Source: Klebsormidium nitens (Eukaryota; Plantae; Klebsormidiophyceae). From it: DNA of 64,000 nucleotides. The stretch is from positions 58,597 through 122,596 of the forward strand of contig DF237206.1 of assembly GCA_000708835.1 (NCBI GenBank), in the 5' to 3' direction. Of this stretch, positions 58,801 through 64,000 are shown one piece after another. Position 1 is the stretch's first letter; each line of letters opens with the position of its first letter. Under the pieces are notes generated by a model that ran no database searches, was not told the origin of the DNA, and saw nothing but the letters and a program-made list of their open reading frames with translations. The position numbers and the translations under genes were made by a program.

Positions 58801-61800
58801 ACTTCCCCGACATAGCATACCTGCGACCGAGACACCTTGTCAGTCACCAGGTTTCGTGGCTGCTTCTTACTGCGTCAAAGTTTCCATCGGGTTTGTCAAA
58901 TTTCCAATAAGCTCGGGGCATCGTCGCTAGTCGTGGACCGTCATTTTGACGATGAAAGACATCCCACGGACCAAACTCGCGCACCACAACTCAGGTCTAA
59001 CATGTGGGCTGGCAGATTTGAGGCAAGAGCTGTAGTAATGAGGCCAAGGTTGCCACGGTTGTGTGACGCAGCCAGGGCTGAGCGGTCAGATACCGCAAGC
59101 GCCAAGACTACGTGCTGCGGTTGCGCCGGTTGTTGAAATAATAATCAACATTCTTGTGTCAGACTGCAACATTCACCGGTTCAGGATATCCAGTGACCCG
59201 AATATGACCATGTCTTTCGGAATAATGCCAAAGGGCTTGGAAAGAGCTTCGCTGGAATGACAACTTTTCAACGTCAAGGTGCTTGGTGCTGCCAAAAGGG
59301 GGTCTCAAAGTGGTATTGCTGGTTCCCATGGCGAAGCTCTGGCTCCTTTTTTGGAATTTCAGACAGAAAGCATCAGCACTTCCACCTCTTGTTGATACAC
59401 GGCCTTTTAATAACACTCACTCTGGCGCAAGGTAACCAAACGTCCCCATGACACGTGTCGTCACGTGAGTGTCCTTCTCTCCGGCCAACTTCGCCAGGCC
59501 AAAATCGGCGACCTGCAATAAAGAACTTAATTCAAAGAACGGAAGCAGACGCAAACCCAACCGCAGTAATATAGTGGCCAATGGTTCAAGCTTGCCTCAC
59601 GTTTGGTGTTGTCCGAATGCGGAACAGCACGCGTGTTCGTCCGTTGCAATGGTCAGAGTGGTTGGATACTTGTCACGGAACTCGAATGAGAGTCGACTGG
59701 ATGCTAATGATGACAACAGGGGCACGCCTCTCCATAGGGCAAGATGAGAAAGCCACAGGGCAAGACGAGAAAAAAGGAGAGCTTCGACGCTGCACAAAAT
59801 TAGTGCGTCACCCTCACCTGGGCGTCAAAATGTTCGTCCATGAGGATGTTCGAGGCTTTGATGTCACCTGCGGGAAACAATGCAAGAGATAAGAAGACAA
59901 GGAAAGCACCAGGTAGCTGAACGGACCACTAAGCAGACCTCGTACTCGGATCGCAGAATGTGATCTCTTCTCGGTCACACAAACAATCTTTTGCAAGCAC
60001 GACCAAAGGTTAATGACAGTGACAGTTGCAACATCATGCAAGCGACCCGAAAGGGAGGACCAAAACGGCCTCTTGAGCGAATTCACTTCCTACCTCGTCC
60101 AAAAACAGACGGTGCTGCTTCTGGTGATAATGTCGACAAGTAACAAAACTCACGATGAATGATCCGCGGGTGGCAATCCTCGTGGAGGTATGCGAGGCCC
60201 CTGGCAGAGCCAACGGCGACCTTCTTCCGCGAGGCCCAATCCATAAGCGGCTGGTTCTTGCCTGCAGCAAAACAAGACGATCAAGTGTGAACAAAGCGCG
60301 GACAGGAACGGAAGGCAGACATGGGAGACATGAGTATGTAAAGCAAGACGAAACGCTTGTTCTTGCCTGCATTGGATCGATCAAGATTGACGAAAGAGCA
60401 TGAAGGACGACAGTCAGACGTCCGGGACATGAGGACATGTGCGGCGAACAGAAAGGGTTGTCCTTGCCTGCAGCAGATGGCAACAATCAAGCATGAACAA
60501 AGCTCATGCCGGAACGAAGTCAGACGTCCGGCAAAATGAGAACGTCGAGAGCTTGAACAGGAGGTAGAGAAGCATGACATATGGCGACCGGAACAGAGGG
60601 CGACGAGAAACTTGTAGCCATACCGAGCTCCTCCAATGGCGGATTCATGATTGCATGCTTGCAAAGCCAGGTGGTCGACAGATGAAATTCCCTTCACAGG
60701 GCTGATGATGCAAGTTCGATGGGGGCCTCCCATCCGCTTTTCAACTTGACGAGTACAAGAAGGACTGACAGAAAGAAGCAAGTAACATAGACCACGAGGA
60801 AGGGCTTTGAGGATTCACAGGCTGCATCCCTTCCTTCAAAAGGAAGGGTCGATCCTCAGATAGTAAAGCTGCAGGCTAGGTTTGAGCGTCAGATCAGCCA
60901 TGCTTTCCCTTCGTCAACACACACTCCGTCGAGAACGAACCAGCGGAAAGATGTGAGGAACAAAGACGAGACAAAAGGAATGGACTTGAGCTCATACCGT
61001 GCAGGTTGGACTCGAGGGTCCCGTTGGCCATGTACTCGAGCACTAGCAGGCGCTCCTCGCCCTTCATGCAGTACCCGAGGAGCGTCACCAGGTGCCGGTG
61101 GTGCACGCGCGAAATGACCTCCACCTCCGAGCGGAACTCCCTCTCGCCCTGAAAGGAGTCAAGGAAAGAGAGTGTTAACACCTCATGACAAGTCCTAGAT
61201 GCAGCTGTGCAAAATCCAGTACGGAGCCAAACTCAAACTATCTTAGTAGAGAGAACGATTCCTGCTCATCACGGCTCCCTTTGAGGATGTGAACTTGGAC
61301 TTCTTCTGGTTAACAAATCGATTCCCCTTGTAGCAACAAGTCAATTTAGGAGACATACTGGTAAGATTTCCAGAGATGTTGATTCTTTTTTGCGGAATAC
61401 AGCTTGCTTGTTTGCAGTCTCCTTTTTTGGATCCTATCAGAACATTTTGAAACGCCACTTGTCAAACTTCAACACAAGCTATCACCGTAGAAGGGACATG
61501 AACAGGCAGTTCGTGTGGCGATTGGCTGAACAAAAGGGTGCAACCATGCACTGATGGTGGTCTAGCCAGCTCTTTCTGTGCAAGATTGTCCCCCAAATTA
61601 CCAGAGATTGGACCTTACCTCTGAAAGACTTCAGACACCCAGGAACTTCTGGAAATGAATGAGAAACAAGAAAGCAACAACCTCTGTTGCGACTCAACCG
61701 GGAATCCTCCACATCCTCTAGCCCAGGCAACAACCTACCTGGTTTCTAGGACCTCAGCTGAACCAGACCTCCTCAAAGAGGACTCTTCACTGTAATCTAC

Positions 61801-63765
61801 AGATCACTGTTGGATTTCTTGCAGGGGGAAAGTTACCTGGCCGCCGAGGCCCCCCAGGGTGAGCTGCTTCACAGCAACTGTGACCCCCTCTGATGTCACC
61901 CCCTTAAACACCTTCCCAAAGCCGCCCTCCCCTAGAAGGTTCGTGGGGGAGAAGTTGTTTGTCGCCGCCCTCAACTCCTCATATGTAAACAGACGGTGGC
62001 TATCGCCAAATGCACTGGGAGGGCGGGGAGGCGCCTGGAGCGGAGAGACCATTGCCGGCGACTCTGGCTGGCTCTTTGGCTCTGAAGGAGCTTTCGAGGA
62101 GGGTGCAACTAGAGGTGGCGGAGCCTTCCACTGCTGCCGCTGGTTTTCATTGGCCCACTCGTTCTGGGGGGGTGCTCGTTGCTCGCGCTGGATGGCAGGA
62201 AGTTGCTGCTGGGGGGGGGGCTTTAGAGGGCCAAAGTTGTCACGAGGGGGAGTGCGCGACGGCGCGTAGTTCTGCTGGCGGTTGTCTTGAGCAGCAGCTG
62301 GAGAGAGGATGTAGCTAATAAGAAAAGTGCAAGATCAATGAACAGATCAGCTTTTTCTTGATTTTTGGCTGCTCTTGTAAGGTTCAAGCGTAAAACCGCG
62401 CCCAACGTTCAGACCTATCCAAGAAGCTGATGACGTTTGAAAAGGTTTTGAGTGCCCATAGCTTAGGTGGTAGAAAGAATCTTGAGCACAATAGTGAAGC
62501 TGCAAAGCAAACGGCTAAATCTGGGATTTCTGAGCCTACTTTTTGGTCTGAAACAAGACAAGGAGCTTGCATCGTAGAAGCCAGATTGCGCGCAATCACT
62601 GGTCTGAAAGCTGCATCACAAGTTCCTGGTATAATGCAGTCTCCTTTTGGACTGGTGCACGGCCGTCTTCCTGCCCGAGTCGGTACAAAACCCTAAAATG
62701 GAGGAGGCTCTTGCAGATGTCGTCATCATTGCAAGAGGCTTCCTTTACCATAATGCGTTGGAAAATGTGAAGCTAACCTTACGTGCACACTCAAACTCAA
62801 ACGGTCTACATAGATGTGCTTGTCCTGCTTAGTTTATGCTTTCCATATGAGCAGCTAAATTGCAGGAAGAGGAGCTGGTTCATCAAATCACAGAAGATTG
62901 ATAGATGTATCCTTCCACAGGTTGCCTGACCAAAGAAAGCTTTCAGTCGCAATTCCGGCCCAGGATTATCCTTACAGCATCTTGATAACCTCCTTTGTAC
63001 ATTCCATGACCACAGTAAGAACAACAAAACTGCTGCAAAACAACACCTGATTTCGACTAATATGAGACATGTGGCTATAGGCGTCAGTTTTCTTGAGACA
63101 AGGTGCTTACCCTTCAGAAGCGCCGCCTGGGACTGCCGCCTGGTTGGAGATTCATACGCTCTCCGCTTCTTAGCTGGCCGGCAACAGCACCACAGTAGAC
63201 ACAATAAGACAATGACAACCAATGCTCCTCCCCCTGCAGCAATTCCTATAATGGTCCCCGTGCTTAAACTTGACGATGATTCGCTCCCTGAGTTGGAAGG
63301 CGGCTGAGGAGCAGAAGGGGTGACGGGGGTAACAAGAGGGGGAGGGGTTGGGACTCTACTTGTAGGACTTGGGGTGACTGGCACATTGGGACTCGGGGTG
63401 ACTGGCACATTGGGACTTGGAGTGACTGGCACATTGGGACTTCGAGTAGCTGGTGGAGCTGTGGTGGCAACAGGACTGTTCGTAGCTGGCGTCGGGGGAG
63501 TGAAAAAAGGCGCGGCAGTCGTTATGACTGGCGAAAAGGTTGTGATAATTGGCGCTGCTGTGGTAATCACTGGTGCTGCTGTTGTGATGTCTGGAGCGTC
63601 GGTTGGAGCCGATGTTGTTGCCACAGGTGGGGTAGTCACGGGGGCCGCGGTGGTTGGTGCTGCAGTTGTGGCAGGTGGGTCGGTAGTTAGGACAGGGGTA
63701 GGAACGGGGGCGGCTGTCAACACTGCGGGCGGCGTGACGGCAAGCGTAGGAGCAGGCGTCGACAT
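55886..63765 (-). CDS. PERK: PERK-like (proline-rich extensin-like) receptor kinase, RLK/Pelle family
   Basis: Exons 63765-63111, 62297-61837, 61148-60998, 60261-60154, 59868-59818, 59512-59421, 58820-58688, 58095-57943, 57581-57377, 56885-56719, 56209-55886. P/T/A-rich ectodomain without signal peptide, [23 protein letters not shown], then [75 protein letters not shown]. Confidence 0.93.
63365..63440 (-). repeat. Coding tandem repeat, 24-bp unit (NVPVTPSP) x3, in the PERK ectodomain
   Basis: ggggtgactggcacattgggact repeated on the + strand; translation [26 protein letters not shown]. Confidence 0.9.
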
Positions 63766-64000
63766 CTTGCTCGACTGTCTCTGAAAGTAAAACCAGATTC
63801 TTCACATCCGCTTCTCTAAGAGCTTGGCTAGGGCAAATTCCGGCCAAAGACGCCTCCTTTCTCCAACCCGCTGCAGAGCAACATGAATGGTGCTTCAAAA
63901 TAGGTACCTACCTAGCTTCTTTTGTCCTACATTCTTACAATACAAGGTACAAGCCGTCTTTGAGGCACTTTTTGCGACTTCTGCATCCAATTCCCCTCGA

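Noticed and set aside
62687-62698. Interstitial telomere (AAAACCCTAAAA)
   Set aside because: Single unit in an intron; not an array.
63320-63898. Alternative ORFs over the PERK ectodomain (+ 154 aa, - 180 aa)
   Set aside because: By-products of the repetitive P/T/A coding sequence.

Overview
Intron-rich nuclear DNA from a streptophyte green alga. GC-rich exons, GT-AG introns, an intron-containing LCYB and a PERK-type kinase suggest a Klebsormidium-like charophyte (inference, no search run). Gene models I could assemble by hand with consistent splice phases: the 3' end of a CHX cation/H+ exchanger (+), AP-3 beta adaptin (-), lycopene beta-cyclase (+), a ~1340-aa protein with two tandem SET/LSMT-type modules (-), an F-box/LRR protein (+), a small intronless orphan ORF (+), bifunctional DHQ dehydratase/shikimate dehydrogenase with an extra C-terminal domain (-), a protein with four CxxC-CxxC Zn fingers (+), an unknown gene (+), a membrane-anchored bacterial-type GT2 glycosyltransferase (+) and a PERK-like receptor kinase (-). 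Strongest unexplained signals: (1) at least 11 decayed copies of exon ends, each including the splice junction, inside the neighbouring intron of 5 different genes, one of them inverted; (2) a highly iterated palindrome TGACGTCA (at least 15 copies, about 1 expected) that also occurs in coding sequence; (3) a Ser-to-Gly change in the SDH substrate motif (SKG) of the type linked to quinate activity; (4) the double SET protein, whose second module is degenerate. No rRNA, complete tRNA, CRISPR array or intact transposon was recognised.
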